Positions 10,615 to 20,700 of a stretch of DNA of 64,000 nucleotides are shown here, one piece after another. Position numbers and translations under genes: made by a program. The notes under the pieces are model-generated. The model saw only the letters and a program-made list of their open reading frames with translations, did no database searches and had not been told where the DNA came from. Source of the stretch: a virus; IMG/VR virus record IMGVR_UViG_3300019757_000164, positions 60,855-124,854 of that record. The stretch is one strand, 5' to 3'. How positions within the stretch are numbered: position 1 is the stretch's first letter; each line of letters starts with the position of its first letter.

Positions 10615-11012
10615 ATTTCCTCCTTAATTTTAAATACTCTGTTTTTAACCCACTCTAACTCAACACTACTAAGTCTTAATTCACCTAGATTAATAAATGC
10701 TTCGTGTGATATGTCTACGCAATCATCTAAACTCATCTTAGTCAAATGAGATACTTTTAATAATTCAACAGCATCATCTACTATTTTTATAAGTGACTGT
10801 GTTCTTCCTTTAAAATATTCCTCATATTCTTCTTGTGTACAATTAGACCTATTTAAGTCTATTTCATCATACCATTCTCCAATTTCTACTTCCTGAGTAT
10901 TAAATAATTTATAAAATACCCAATCTTTAGAGTCTAACAAATTCTCTAGTTCTTGATACGGATTATCACTTTCATGACTATAATAATATATCGTTGCTCT
11001 AGCTAATTTCAT
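10611..11012 (-). CDS. hypothetical protein
   Basis: GAGGAGG SD after minus-strand promoter. Confidence 0.75.
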   Translation of the reverse strand: MKLARATIYYYSHESDNPYQELENLLDSKDWVFYKLFNTQEVEIGEWYDEIDLNRSNCTQEEYEEYFKGRTQSLIKIVDDAVELLKVSHLTKMSLDDCVDISHEAFINLGELRLSSVELEWVKNRVFKIKEEI

Positions 11013-11073
11013 ATTTTCCCTCCTCTTCTTGTCTACATTAACCTTTCACTTTATTATACAAGTTTATCTAATC

Positions 11074-11187
11074 AAAGTCAACACTTTTTATAAACTTTTT
11101 TATTTTTATTTTTTATACTTTATGCTTGCATATACTAATTAATTATGTTATTATTAAGTATATAGGATAGCTTTAGAAAGGCTTGCA
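11074..11187. promoter_or_regulatory. divergent sigmaA promoter cassette, copy 2
   Basis: same AAAGTCAACACTTT, AATTATGTTATTATTAAGT and AGCTTTAGAAAGGCTTGCA blocks as 7665-7774. Confidence 0.65.
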
Positions 11188-11205
11188 GAGTATAAAGGAG
11201 GTAAT

Positions 11206-11580
11206 ATGAGATTAAAAGTTTACGAGATTAAGAAAGAATATCAATTAGAATCAGAAAAAGTTAAAGAGTGGTTTGTAGCTCAAACTAAATATCAAGATAA
11301 TTGGTGGAACACAAAATTGGTAGTTGCAAATTCAAAAGATGATGCACTGTCAATCTACAAAGAAAGATATAAAATTTCATCAATTGGTGAATTATTTAGT
11401 GATGGATATTATTTTAGAGAAGTATACTCAAGAAAGAAAGCATATGTCATAGATGTTGATTTAAAAGTAAAAGAAGTTAATTATTCTATTGATGTACTCA
11501 AAGAGAGATTGCAAGCTGATGACTTTATGAAGTATTTTATAGCAAGAAATATTGAGTATACAGAGTTATTTGGAAAATAA
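11206..11580 (+). CDS. hypothetical protein
   Basis: AAAGGAGG SD. Confidence 0.75.
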   Translation: MRLKVYEIKKEYQLESEKVKEWFVAQTKYQDNWWNTKLVVANSKDDALSIYKERYKISSIGELFSDGYYFREVYSRKKAYVIDVDLKVKEVNYSIDVLKERLQADDFMKYFIARNIEYTELFGK

Positions 11581-11764
11581 GGAGGTATAAATGCAAAAAA
11601 TGGAAATAATAAAATCATTGGTAGAAGATGACTTTTATAAACAAATAAAAACTATTGTAGAGAATGAGAAAAAAGATATAATATCAATTTCTCATTGTAT
11701 ATCGATTTTTAATAATATCGGTGTGACATATTACAATGCGATTATAATTTATAAGGAGATATAA

Positions 11765-11944
11765 ATGAAGAGAGTAGTGGTAACTAAGTTTTTTAATAGT
11801 TTCAGAGATACAATTGGATTAACAGGCGTGATAACCATAGTAGATGAAAAGGAATTGATTAAGCTTGACACTTATCCAAACAGTGGTTATTTTCGGATAA
11901 GCCCAGACTGCTATGAAATAATAGAGATTAAGGATGCAATATGA
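11765..11944 (+). pseudogene. small ORF interrupted by a +1 shift in a T6 run
   Basis: AAGGAGA SD and ATG 11765; removing one T at 11789-11794 gives MKRVVVTKFLIVSEIQLD...EIKDAI ending in an ATGA overlap with 11941. Confidence 0.45.
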
Positions 11945-12213
11945 ATAGAGAAATAGACTATGCAAATATATGTAAGTATGATAAAAAATATTATTCACAT
12001 GGAATAAAATTAGAATCACCCTGTAGAATTGATATTATGTCTGAGGAAAGCATGACGAATTTTAAGTTTTGGACTGGTAGCATAGATAAAATATTTGATA
12101 TATCAATAGAAGAACCACTCCCAACCGCTAAAAATCGTGGAGTGATGTATGTAGTATTTTTAGATAAACACAAATTAAAAGATAGTGAAAATACTCAATG
12201 GATACAAATTTAA
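11941..12213 (+). CDS. hypothetical protein
   Basis: 90-aa ORF followed by terminator AACTGG-loop-CCAGTT TTTT. Confidence 0.7.
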   Translation: MNREIDYANICKYDKKYYSHGIKLESPCRIDIMSEESMTNFKFWTGSIDKIFDISIEEPLPTAKNRGVMYVVFLDKHKLKDSENTQWIQI

Positions 12214-12412
12214 CTGGTTAACGCCAGTTTTTTTATTGCAACAATTACATTTTCTATAACATTACAAATGTTAAGGCAAATCTAAAGTATCAGGCTATAT
12301 TAAACGAACCATTAAAGCGGGTACTTATAAATTTATGGTACTAATCTATAATGTGCATATTTTACACATATTAATATGCAGTTAAATAAAAAAGAGTGAA
12401 ATTAATCACTCA

Positions 12413-13516
12413 TTACTCTACATATTCAACTTTGACTTCCATACATTCTCCACTTCCATCCAAGAAATTAACCCACAATTCTTCAAATTGACCTTTATAT
12501 ACTCTATCCATGTTGCACTCATAGTTTCTAATCAAGTATTTCTTTAATTCTTCAACGGTATCAAATGTCTTGCTATCAACAATTAAGTCCTCATTCCACC
12601 CATTATCATCAACAATTGATAGTCTGAAGCCCGGAGATTTAAATCCGCATAGGTCATATAGCATTTTACAATTTTGATCATCTAAATTATTCATCAATAA
12701 TTCTTTGATGCATTTTATATTGTCACTGTTTCTTTCGCCAAATTTTATCAAATCATCTTTGTCATAGTCATTTAATTGTTCAAGCAATTCTGTAATCAAA
12801 TCAAACATTCTATTTTTTAGTAAGAAAATAATAGTCTGCTCTGAAGTATAGTCGCTGTACAATTTAATAAACCCTTTTTCATACGCTTCTCTATAGTATT
12901 TCGTCTTGTACTCATCAACTTTATAGGTAGAACTAGATTCATACCCTTTATCTTTTGAGTGTTGAATTATATCACAAAATACAGGTCTGTCATCAATGTA
13001 GTTTTCTATAACGTATTCCATGAATTCATTTCTCATGGCAACATAATTCTCATTCCCATAGCATAAGTCTAAGAATTTGTTTAGAATATAGTCTTTTACT
13101 ATTCGATCTTTTTTGAGTGATTTCATTAAAGATTCTTCATTGTAAAATATCTGATCAACATTAAAAGAGTATAGTTCATATTTATCTCTTCCGTAATTTT
13201 GCCAAGCTTTGTGCATACATACGGGATCGATTTTTAATACATACTCATAATCAAAATCAATCTTGCCTTTTCTTGTGAAATCACTTACAGTCTCTTTGCT
13301 GGCATATAGATTAACCTCATCTCCACTATTAAGTTTCTGATGTAAATTATTTGCAGTTTCTATATATTCCTTGTACTGCTTTCTACTTTTTACCGATTCT
13401 TTGTCTTTTTTACCTTTAATCTCATCTAACCCGTCTTGATTTCTCTTTCCATTTCCAACAGTCAGATATAAAAATTTCTTTGGTATATCCTTGTCTAATC
13501 TTGGTTTAATATTCAT
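12413..13516 (-). CDS. hypothetical protein
   Basis: 367-aa ORF with AAGGAGG SD and its own minus-strand promoter. Confidence 0.8.
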   Translation of the reverse strand: MNIKPRLDKDIPKKFLYLTVGNGKRNQDGLDEIKGKKDKESVKSRKQYKEYIETANNLHQKLNSGDEVNLYASKETVSDFTRKGKIDFDYEYVLKIDPVCMHKAWQNYGRDKYELYSFNVDQIFYNEESLMKSLKKDRIVKDYILNKFLDLCYGNENYVAMRNEFMEYVIENYIDDRPVFCDIIQHSKDKGYESSSTYKVDEYKTKYYREAYEKGFIKLYSDYTSEQTIIFLLKNRMFDLITELLEQLNDYDKDDLIKFGERNSDNIKCIKELLMNNLDDQNCKMLYDLCGFKSPGFRLSIVDDNGWNEDLIVDSKTFDTVEELKKYLIRNYECNMDRVYKGQFEELWVNFLDGSGECMEVKVEYVE

Positions 13517-13624
13517 TTCTCCTCCTTATTATCTAGTTAACTTCCATTTATTTTAGTATAACATAGTATAAATAACATTGCAATAGTTTTGTGTAGCTAT
13601 TTTAAAAAAACTCCAATTAAGGAG

Positions 13625-13963
13625 TTAAATAATTATTCCGCTATCTTTGATATGCATATTGATTTTCTCTTCTCTTAAGTACATCCTATATTCTTTTCTG
13701 AATTCATTAACAATTACGTGTATGCTGGAATGATCTGAAAAACTATTTTTTGCTTCGTATATCATCAACCTTTGGGATTCAGAAATTGCATATAGTCTAG
13801 GTCTAATTCTAGTCACTTCTCCGAACATTCCGTATCCATCCTCTTTAAATAATTCAAGATAGTAAGTATTCTCATCAATTTTTACCGTAATGCATATATT
13901 TTTAAATTTTTCATTCTCTTTTATTTTGTTTTTTCTTATTATTTCTTTTATTTTGTTAAACAT
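13625..13963 (-). CDS. hypothetical protein
   Basis: AAGGAGG SD. Confidence 0.7.
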   Translation of the reverse strand: MFNKIKEIIRKNKIKENEKFKNICITVKIDENTYYLELFKEDGYGMFGEVTRIRPRLYAISESQRLMIYEAKNSFSDHSSIHVIVNEFRKEYRMYLREEKINMHIKDSGIII

Positions 13964-13972
13964 AAATCCTCC

Positions 13973-14290
13973 TTAAATATAATACACCATTAATATAGTT
14001 ACTAGATGTAATATCTGATCTAAATATAAATCTCTAGTCAGTGCATATGTTTTATCTTCTATTTGGCATTTCATTTTATCAATAATCATGTGTGTGATTA
14101 CCAGATATAACACGGCAATAATACCTAATTCAATACCTATCACATAGAATCCAATAGCCACAGCCAATGTCCATAATGCAGAATGAACGAATAGTATAAA
14201 TGAATTACCGCCTTTATTCGTAGCCAAGAAATCATTTTGTAGCACATAGTCTCCCACTAGATGACTAGCAATTAATATTAAAATATCCAC
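13973..14290 (-). CDS. DUF3307 family membrane protein
   Basis: HLVGDYVLQ...K...H...THMIIDKMK...DQILH. Confidence 0.85.
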   Translation of the reverse strand: MDILILIASHLVGDYVLQNDFLATNKGGNSFILFVHSALWTLAVAIGFYVIGIELGIIAVLYLVITHMIIDKMKCQIEDKTYALTRDLYLDQILHLVTILMVYYI

Positions 14291-14299
14291 AGTGCCTCC

Positions 14300-14497
14300 T
14301 TAAATAATTTCACTTTTATATCCGAGCTGATTTAACAATTCAAATATAAATTCTTTGCCACTATGTTCAAAATTGAACTTTCTTTCATAATCTTTAATAT
14401 CATTTACCCATATTTCATCATCTTCTATACAAATATTGAATCTATTTGACCACTTTTTAACTTGTCTTAACCATTTAACTTCATCTTTAGTCATCAT
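14300..14497 (-). CDS. hypothetical protein
   Basis: AAGGAGG SD in a tightly packed operon. Confidence 0.7.
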   Translation of the reverse strand: MMTKDEVKWLRQVKKWSNRFNICIEDDEIWVNDIKDYERKFNFEHSGKEFIFELLNQLGYKSEII

Positions 14498-14771
14498 TTT
14501 CCTCCTTATTTAATTTAGCAATTTCTTTGCTAATATCTCTTACCGATTTGGTTGTACTTTCTAATCCAATTAATGCACTGTTTATAATATCTCCTGTTTT
14601 TGATAACGCTCTAGCATCAGGAATGTCTCCAAGTCTTGCAGTAGCAATTTTTACATTCATTATTATTAATTCTAATCTTTTTAATTCTTCAAAAGCTTTG
14701 GTAGATCCGTCGAATAATTGTTTTGTTAATTCATCAATTCTATTGTTCAATATTTTCCTCCTGTTCTTCAA
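14487..14771 (-). CDS. hypothetical coiled-coil protein (start uncertain)
   Basis: ORF in packed operon; CAGGAGG SD suggests a start near 14750. Confidence 0.6.
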   Translation of the reverse strand: MKNRRKILNNRIDELTKQLFDGSTKAFEELKRLELIIMNVKIATARLGDIPDARALSKTGDIINSALIGLESTTKSVRDISKEIAKLNKEENDD

Positions 14772-14979
14772 TCCATTCAGCTACCGAATTCATTATAGTT
14801 TGTTTTGTATATCCTTGACTTATTAGCGAATTAATTAAAAACTCAATCTGACAATTCACTGAATTAAAAGTACAAATACAATCTTTTTCCATTTTGTGTC
14901 TTTCTGGAACACCTTCGCAATCAGTTGTAAATACTTCGTAAGATAAATTAATGATATTTGGCTCATATTTACTATTCAT
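14740..14979 (-). CDS. hypothetical protein
   Basis: overlaps neighbours in operon. Confidence 0.6.
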   Translation of the reverse strand: MNSKYEPNIINLSYEVFTTDCEGVPERHKMEKDCICTFNSVNCQIEFLINSLISQGYTKQTIMNSVAEWIEEQEENIEQ

Positions 14980-15394
14980 GATTGACTCTATATCTACTAT
15001 TTAGTGTATCAGTTTCATAATCATGATCTGATTTTACTTGTTTCATTCTTCTTTTTAAATTTTTATATAATTTATTATATTCCTTGATAATGGATATCAC
15101 TTCCAATTCAACACTTTTTGGCTTAGAGTGAATGAATTGCCACTCATTAAATGATGTATCACACTCAAATACTAAAATTTCATCAATAAAAATATTAATC
15201 TCAGAATCGTCTATTTCTACACTTATACCATATTTTAAGTTTGAATCATATAAATTACTATATAATTTCTTGTAACTATTGAATTTATCGTTTTCCATAG
15301 TGTAACTTGTTTGTATTTTATCTAGTAATACGCCTATTTTACAAGTATTCCTACACATTTTTAAAATTCTGCAATAATCATACCATTTAACCAT
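14972..15394 (-). CDS. hypothetical protein
   Basis: AAAGGAG SD. Confidence 0.7.
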   Translation of the reverse strand: MVKWYDYCRILKMCRNTCKIGVLLDKIQTSYTMENDKFNSYKKLYSNLYDSNLKYGISVEIDDSEINIFIDEILVFECDTSFNEWQFIHSKPKSVELEVISIIKEYNKLYKNLKRRMKQVKSDHDYETDTLNSRYRVNHE

Positions 15395-15710
15395 GTTTAC
15401 TCCTTTCTTTATACTTATCTGACTTCATAAACTCCTCTACTTCTTGGAAATATTTGTAATTTTCACTATCTAGATTATTTTTAACCCATACTTTCTTTAA
15501 TTTTATTATGTGATCTTGTATATTGTCATCAAAATAGCCTTGTAAATTAATATACTTGTCACATTTAATACAACTATCTCTCCAATCTTCTATAGAATAG
15601 CTATTTTGTTCATGTAATACAATTTCGTCATCATGATTTCTTAATGAACAGTTGTCATGTTGGCAATGAAAGCATGATATATTTAGACAACGCTGTCTTT
15701 TTCTTGCCAT
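15387..15710 (-). CDS. Cys-rich hypothetical protein
   Basis: start at MARKRQRC just after the previous stop avoids a long overlap; C-x4-CxxC-x4-C pattern. Confidence 0.65.
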   Translation of the reverse strand: MARKRQRCLNISCFHCQHDNCSLRNHDDEIVLHEQNSYSIEDWRDSCIKCDKYINLQGYFDDNIQDHIIKLKKVWVKNNLDSENYKYFQEVEEFMKSDKYKERSKHG

Positions 15711-15711
15711 A

Positions 15712-16110
15712 TTAACAACCCCATTCCATTCCATAGCCACAAATTCTATTGAAATCGTCATGTTTACTATTCTTATCTCGATATCTTTCTGATATAATTG
15801 ATAAGAAATTATTGTATGTATACTTTTTACCATATTCATCAATAATAATATAAACATCATTATTTGTAACATTATATAAACTGATGAAATCATCAATATA
15901 TTCATTGGCAAATAACACAGGCTTCCAACCACTCCTCATTTCTGCCATAAGATATGAATAATCACATTTTAAGTTGTCGGTCAAGAACTGCATTAATTCG
16001 TCAATATATTCCTTTTTAAAAGATAATTCAGTCAATAAGCAATGTACTCTTGATAATTCTACGTTCATTTTTTCAAAATCTTCCTTTTTATAAATATAAT
16101 AACTCGTCAT
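15712..16110 (-). CDS. hypothetical protein
   Basis: GAAAGGAGA SD; first gene after minus-strand TTGACA promoter. Confidence 0.75.
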   Translation of the reverse strand: MTSYYIYKKEDFEKMNVELSRVHCLLTELSFKKEYIDELMQFLTDNLKCDYSYLMAEMRSGWKPVLFANEYIDDFISLYNVTNNDVYIIIDEYGKKYTYNNFLSIISERYRDKNSKHDDFNRICGYGMEWGC

Positions 16111-16208
16111 TTAAATCTCCTTTCGATAAGTTTCGTCCTATACCTATATAATACTATAATAGAAAGCACTTGTCAACATTAAAATCTATATTTTTTAATT
16201 ATTTTTCC

Positions 16209-16237
16209 TTGACATTGGTGTTTTATGGTGTTACAAT
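16209..16237 (+). promoter_or_regulatory. sigmaA-type promoter for the operon leading to the RNA polymerase gene
   Basis: TTGACA-17 bp-TACAAT with TG extension. Confidence 0.7.
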
Positions 16238-16358
16238 TATATTAAGTTTGGAAACACAAAAATAAAATATGAAAAAAGTTAAATATTTCACAAATAATGC
16301 TTGTAATGAGTTATCTAGTGTGGTATACTAAAGTTAGAAGAATACGAGAGGAGGAAAT

Positions 16359-16640
16359 ATGGACAGAAATCGAATTAGAGGGATTGTGAGACATCAAGAA
16401 AGAACTTATATTCCGGAAGAATATAGACTACTATATAATAAAGGTAGCATTAAGAAAATGTTCGAAGGAAGAAGTGATAGAGATAAATATGTTTTTATAC
16501 AGATGTTGGAATCATTGGATGATATTGACAAGAAAATGATTACTTTAGGAGAATTGCAAGAGTTAGCTGAAGAATATATGGCTGATGAAATGGTAAGTTT
16601 GATTGAAAAGTTAAGTAAACATAAACGAGAATATGAATAG
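16359..16640 (+). CDS. hypothetical protein
   Basis: GAGGAGG SD. Confidence 0.75.
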   Translation: MDRNRIRGIVRHQERTYIPEEYRLLYNKGSIKKMFEGRSDRDKYVFIQMLESLDDIDKKMITLGELQELAEEYMADEMVSLIEKLSKHKREYE

Positions 16641-16648
16641 GAGGGAAT

Positions 16649-17125
16649 ATGAAGAAATATGTCGGACAATACAGAGTAGACATAGAGAGAGATATTATTA
16701 CAGGAGATCACTTAATTAATGGTCAAACATTTTTAAGAGTACCAAAAGCTATGAAGGAAAATGGCGGAAAGATATATAGATATAATGAAAATATATTGGT
16801 AGCATACGTACCAAATAAGACAACTGGCGCAAGATTGTATGCAAAGTCAATTGAAAAAGTGCACTTATATAAAATAGTAGAATATGATGACGGTATGGAT
16901 TTATATTTTAAAGAAGAGTACATACGTGAGATGGCTAAAATTATGATGGTTTCAACCAATGGATCAAACATTCCTCCGGAGAGTATAAAGAATCATCCTA
17001 GAAGAAAAGAGATTAGAGAGCAAAGAAAAGCTAATATGAGTGAAGAACAGTTGGAGATTATGAGGAATCGTGGGTTAAGGTTGTTCCAGAATATTTCAAA
17101 CTCTAGTGAAAATAGCTCTGTGTAA
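16649..17125 (+). CDS. hypothetical phage protein
   Basis: AGGAGG SD; 158 aa. Confidence 0.75.
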   Translation: MKKYVGQYRVDIERDIITGDHLINGQTFLRVPKAMKENGGKIYRYNENILVAYVPNKTTGARLYAKSIEKVHLYKIVEYDDGMDLYFKEEYIREMAKIMMVSTNGSNIPPESIKNHPRRKEIREQRKANMSEEQLEIMRNRGLRLFQNISNSSENSSV

Positions 17126-17213
17126 GCTAGAATAAAAGATAATGTAAATTTGGTATTATCATACCTATAAGACGTAAATACGAATGTAGTAGACAGTAAA
17201 GGAGAATAAATAG

Positions 17214-17372
17214 ATGGGCGATAAAAGAAATATGACTAAATGGACAAGAACACCGAATGAGGAAGAATGGACGGGATACAAAAGCAGAGTGATTATTTGT
17301 CCTAAATGTGGAAGGATTCCAGAAAGTAGAGGCGGAAAATGCTTGAATTGCGGAAGTAAAGTAGAGGAGTAG
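17214..17372 (+). CDS. small zinc-ribbon protein (52 aa)
   Basis: AAAGGAG SD; CPKC...CLNC. Confidence 0.55.
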   Translation: MGDKRNMTKWTRTPNEEEWTGYKSRVIICPKCGRIPESRGGKCLNCGSKVEE

Positions 17373-17473
17373 GGATGAGTGAGAGAGGGATGTATCACAA
17401 AGACTATATACATTTACCAGAAGAAGAGAAGCAATCTAAAATGGAACATTTTCGAGATTAGGAGGTAGATAAT

Positions 17474-20104
17474 TTGGCGTTAAATAAACAAATACATCTA
17501 TATGGTGTTGGGACAGACTATTTTTATAATAAAAAAGAAGAAAAGATAAATATCAAATTAAACAAACTTAGAATAACAAAAAAATATTGGGTTGAAAAAA
17601 TAATAATCATAAAAAATCTAAGCAAAAGAGCGAGGGCTAAATTATCAGAAGAAGATATTGAAAATATCGAATTAAATAATGAAATATACCGGGCTAGAGT
17701 TTCTGAATTAAATCAAATTATAAAGATTTATAAAAATAAATTAATAAACAAGCTTGATAATAATAAAAAAAGAAGAAAAATGAATACAAAAAAAATCAAA
17801 AAAAGCGATATTATATCATCTTTTGATTCAACTACTACCAGAGTAACAGGATGTGAAATAGGCGAAGTAACAGAAGACATTATAGTGATACAAACATACT
17901 ATTTTCAAATAGCGGAATCAATATGGGAAAGAGGGTTTACTTGGAATGGCGAAGAATACATCGCATATACCGCATCCGCTGGTCAGATTAGGCTTAAAAA
18001 ATTTGTAGCCATTAAAAAAAGTGTTTATGACAAACATAAATTAACATTAACGTGTGGATTAACAGAGGATATAATAAATGAAAGAGGCGGAGTTAATACT
18101 AATAAATACTTAGCATACTTGGCTTTAAACAATAGTGCAACTGATGTATGGGAAGATTTTAATATTGATAACGCTATAGTAGTTGATGACTTTGAGACTA
18201 ATGTAAAAGGATTAGTCGATTTCATAGATTATGAAACGTATAAGATAGAATCAAAAAAAGAAATGAAAATACCGATACCACATACCGACGGCATAGGAAT
18301 TTACTTATCTGATAAAAATAGAATGGTAAGACTTCCTTGGATTAAGGGTTTGATGACTCCGTTTCCGTACATAAGATTTATAAATAAATTCTTAAAACAA
18401 TATCCCAATGCAAGATACGTTAAAGACATATATGGCAAGGAGTATGACATAATAGAAGACGGAATCACTGCAATATTTACCAAGTCTCAATTCAAAATGT
18501 GGAAATATTATGACAGTTGGGATCAATACAAGGAGAATTACAAGTTATATAATTGTCATGCATCTTATTGCAACGAGGAGGTTAAAAATCCACCGACTGC
18601 TAAAATAAATTATCAAATGCTACAAACACTTACGGATGTAAATGATTCTGAGATAGACTCAATGGTAGAGCCGACTGTAAAGAAAATTACTAATATGGGT
18701 GAAGATGTTGGTGTAATGTTAAAGGTTTTAAAATCCGATAATAATTATCACAGAAAAAATAGTTATCAAGAAGCTTTAAATTTATACCCAGAATTACTGC
18801 AAGATCCTCATAGCAGAGAAGTTTTAAAGGCTATTAAAAAAAGCCTAGTAAAAGATGCAAGAGGAGGAAAATTATATATAGACGGGAAGTACACTTTTAT
18901 TTGTCCGGATATATATGCATTTGCAGAATGGCTATTTTTAGATATAGAACATCCGAATGGATTATTAAGTGGAAATCAAGTTAGTTGTAAATTGTATAAA
19001 AGAGCAAAAAAATTAGATGTACTTAGAAGCCCATCTTTATATAGGGAACACTTCATAGGTGAAAATACTTTTAATACAGAAATAAACAAATGGCTACCAA
19101 CCAATGCTATATATATGAGTTCTCATTGTTTGGCTAGCTTATTGCTCATGTATGACGTTGATGGAGATCAAAGCCTAGTTTGTGCAGAACCAACTATAAC
19201 AAAAGTTGCTGAGAGAAATATGGTTGATATAGTTCCATTGTATTATAATATGAAAAAAGCACCATCTCAACAGTTAAACAATAAAACAATATACGAAGGA
19301 TTATCATTAGCTTATAGGAATACAAGCATAGGTCTATATAGCAATAATATAACGAAAGTATGGAATAGTGATGATCCTAACTTGGATGTAGTAAAACTAT
19401 TGTGCTTAGAAAGTAACTTTTCAATAGATTCCGCAAAAACATTATTTTTCATAGAAAGACCTGAGAATGAGAATAATTTAATATCGAGATACACGAAGTC
19501 TAAAGTGCCACACTTCTTCATGTATGCAAAGGATAAACCCGAATCGAATGTTGAGCCAATAAATACAGATAGTATAATGGGCAAAATAGAGGGAAAGATA
19601 CCATCGGATAGGCTTACTTTCAAAAGAAACAATCTACCAACATTTGATTATACGATGCTTATGAAAAACAAGGGTATAAAGTTGGATGATGAAATAACCC
19701 AAGTATATAAAGAACTAAATATAAAAGTTGGACATTATTCTAATAGAAGTTCAGATGATGACAATAGCCATATGTATTACATATATAATGAGGTAAGAGA
19801 TACATTATTGGATATGAGAGATGACAAACATGAGGTCGTTGACGTATTGGTAGCGTATACCTTTGGTAATAAAGCAAAATACAAGAATACACTATGGTCA
19901 TGCTTTGGAGATATAATCTTACAAAATTTAAAGGTGAATATGATCAAAAAAGGATTAGATAAAACAATATGTTGTAACAGGTGTGGCGAAAGAGTTGTAA
20001 AAAAAGCACATAATCAATTATATTGCGATCGTTGTAAAGAAAAAATACAACTGGAACTTCAGAGAAAAAGCATGAATAAGCATAGAAAATCACTAATTTT
20101 GTGA
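17474..20104 (+). CDS. yonO: YonO-like single-subunit DNA-dependent RNA polymerase
   Basis: 876 aa; TASAGQIR, HTDG.G, RLPWIKG, RSP and catalytic DxDGD (YDVDGDQS); C-terminal Zn ribbon; lies before the late operon as in SPbeta. Confidence 0.9.
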   Translation: MALNKQIHLYGVGTDYFYNKKEEKINIKLNKLRITKKYWVEKIIIIKNLSKRARAKLSEEDIENIELNNEIYRARVSELNQIIKIYKNKLINKLDNNKKRRKMNTKKIKKSDIISSFDSTTTRVTGCEIGEVTEDIIVIQTYYFQIAESIWERGFTWNGEEYIAYTASAGQIRLKKFVAIKKSVYDKHKLTLTCGLTEDIINERGGVNTNKYLAYLALNNSATDVWEDFNIDNAIVVDDFETNVKGLVDFIDYETYKIESKKEMKIPIPHTDGIGIYLSDKNRMVRLPWIKGLMTPFPYIRFINKFLKQYPNARYVKDIYGKEYDIIEDGITAIFTKSQFKMWKYYDSWDQYKENYKLYNCHASYCNEEVKNPPTAKINYQMLQTLTDVNDSEIDSMVEPTVKKITNMGEDVGVMLKVLKSDNNYHRKNSYQEALNLYPELLQDPHSREVLKAIKKSLVKDARGGKLYIDGKYTFICPDIYAFAEWLFLDIEHPNGLLSGNQVSCKLYKRAKKLDVLRSPSLYREHFIGENTFNTEINKWLPTNAIYMSSHCLASLLLMYDVDGDQSLVCAEPTITKVAERNMVDIVPLYYNMKKAPSQQLNNKTIYEGLSLAYRNTSIGLYSNNITKVWNSDDPNLDVVKLLCLESNFSIDSAKTLFFIERPENENNLISRYTKSKVPHFFMYAKDKPESNVEPINTDSIMGKIEGKIPSDRLTFKRNNLPTFDYTMLMKNKGIKLDDEITQVYKELNIKVGHYSNRSSDDDNSHMYYIYNEVRDTLLDMRDDKHEVVDVLVAYTFGNKAKYKNTLWSCFGDIILQNLKVNMIKKGLDKTICCNRCGERVVKKAHNQLYCDRCKEKIQLELQRKSMNKHRKSLIL

Positions 20105-20179
20105 AGTAGCTATGGAACGTAGTATTTTCAACGCTTTCATCAGTTTTATGGTTCTTGTATAAAACTACTTAACCCTTAC

Positions 20180-20203
20180 AACCATTGCAATTGCTATATT
20201 CTT
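20180..20203 (+). promoter_or_regulatory. 24-bp element between RNAP gene and late operon (candidate late promoter/operator)
   Basis: 22/24 match to inverted copy at 5438-5461; function inferred from position only. Confidence 0.45.
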
Positions 20204-20358
20204 CAATAGTGTAAACCTTTAGTAAAAAAAGATAAATGCCGATAAGGAATAACACAAGATATACAAAGTGAATTGTAAGTTCCCACAAGATATAGAAATG
20301 GGGCTGAGAATGCCCCTCTCTATAAATACAACTATTTCCATAAGAGGGAGATGATGAT

Positions 20359-20676
20359 ATGTTTAATCTACAATGTAATAACTGTTTATTTGAATGCAAA
20401 AATAAGTATAATGGTGAATGTCCATATTGCGAGCACAAAGTAGATGAAATTGAGTTACAAGATATAAACTATCAAATTAAAAGATTAAATGTAGACCTTT
20501 ACAAGTTCTGCAAGAGAAATAATCTGAAATATAAAATACTAAAAGAAATGCTAAAAGGTCGTAGAGAATGGAATTATAAATATCTATATAAGATTAATAA
20601 TCGCTTAAACGAGGATGATTGGATTATAGAACATTTAAATAAGTACCCAAATGGAATTAGACCGGAGGCAGTATAG
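20359..20676 (+). CDS. Zn-ribbon plus XRE-like HTH protein
   Basis: CNNC...CPYC followed by LYKFCKRNNLKYKILKEMLKG. Confidence 0.6.
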   Translation: MFNLQCNNCLFECKNKYNGECPYCEHKVDEIELQDINYQIKRLNVDLYKFCKRNNLKYKILKEMLKGRREWNYKYLYKINNRLNEDDWIIEHLNKYPNGIRPEAV

Positions 20677-20700
20677 CTACATATTCTTAGGAGAGGAGAA

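Noticed and set aside
17474-20104. Eukaryote-type RNA-dependent RNA polymerase
   Set aside because: The DxDGD motif is shared, but size and phage context match YonO-type DNA-dependent RNAPs
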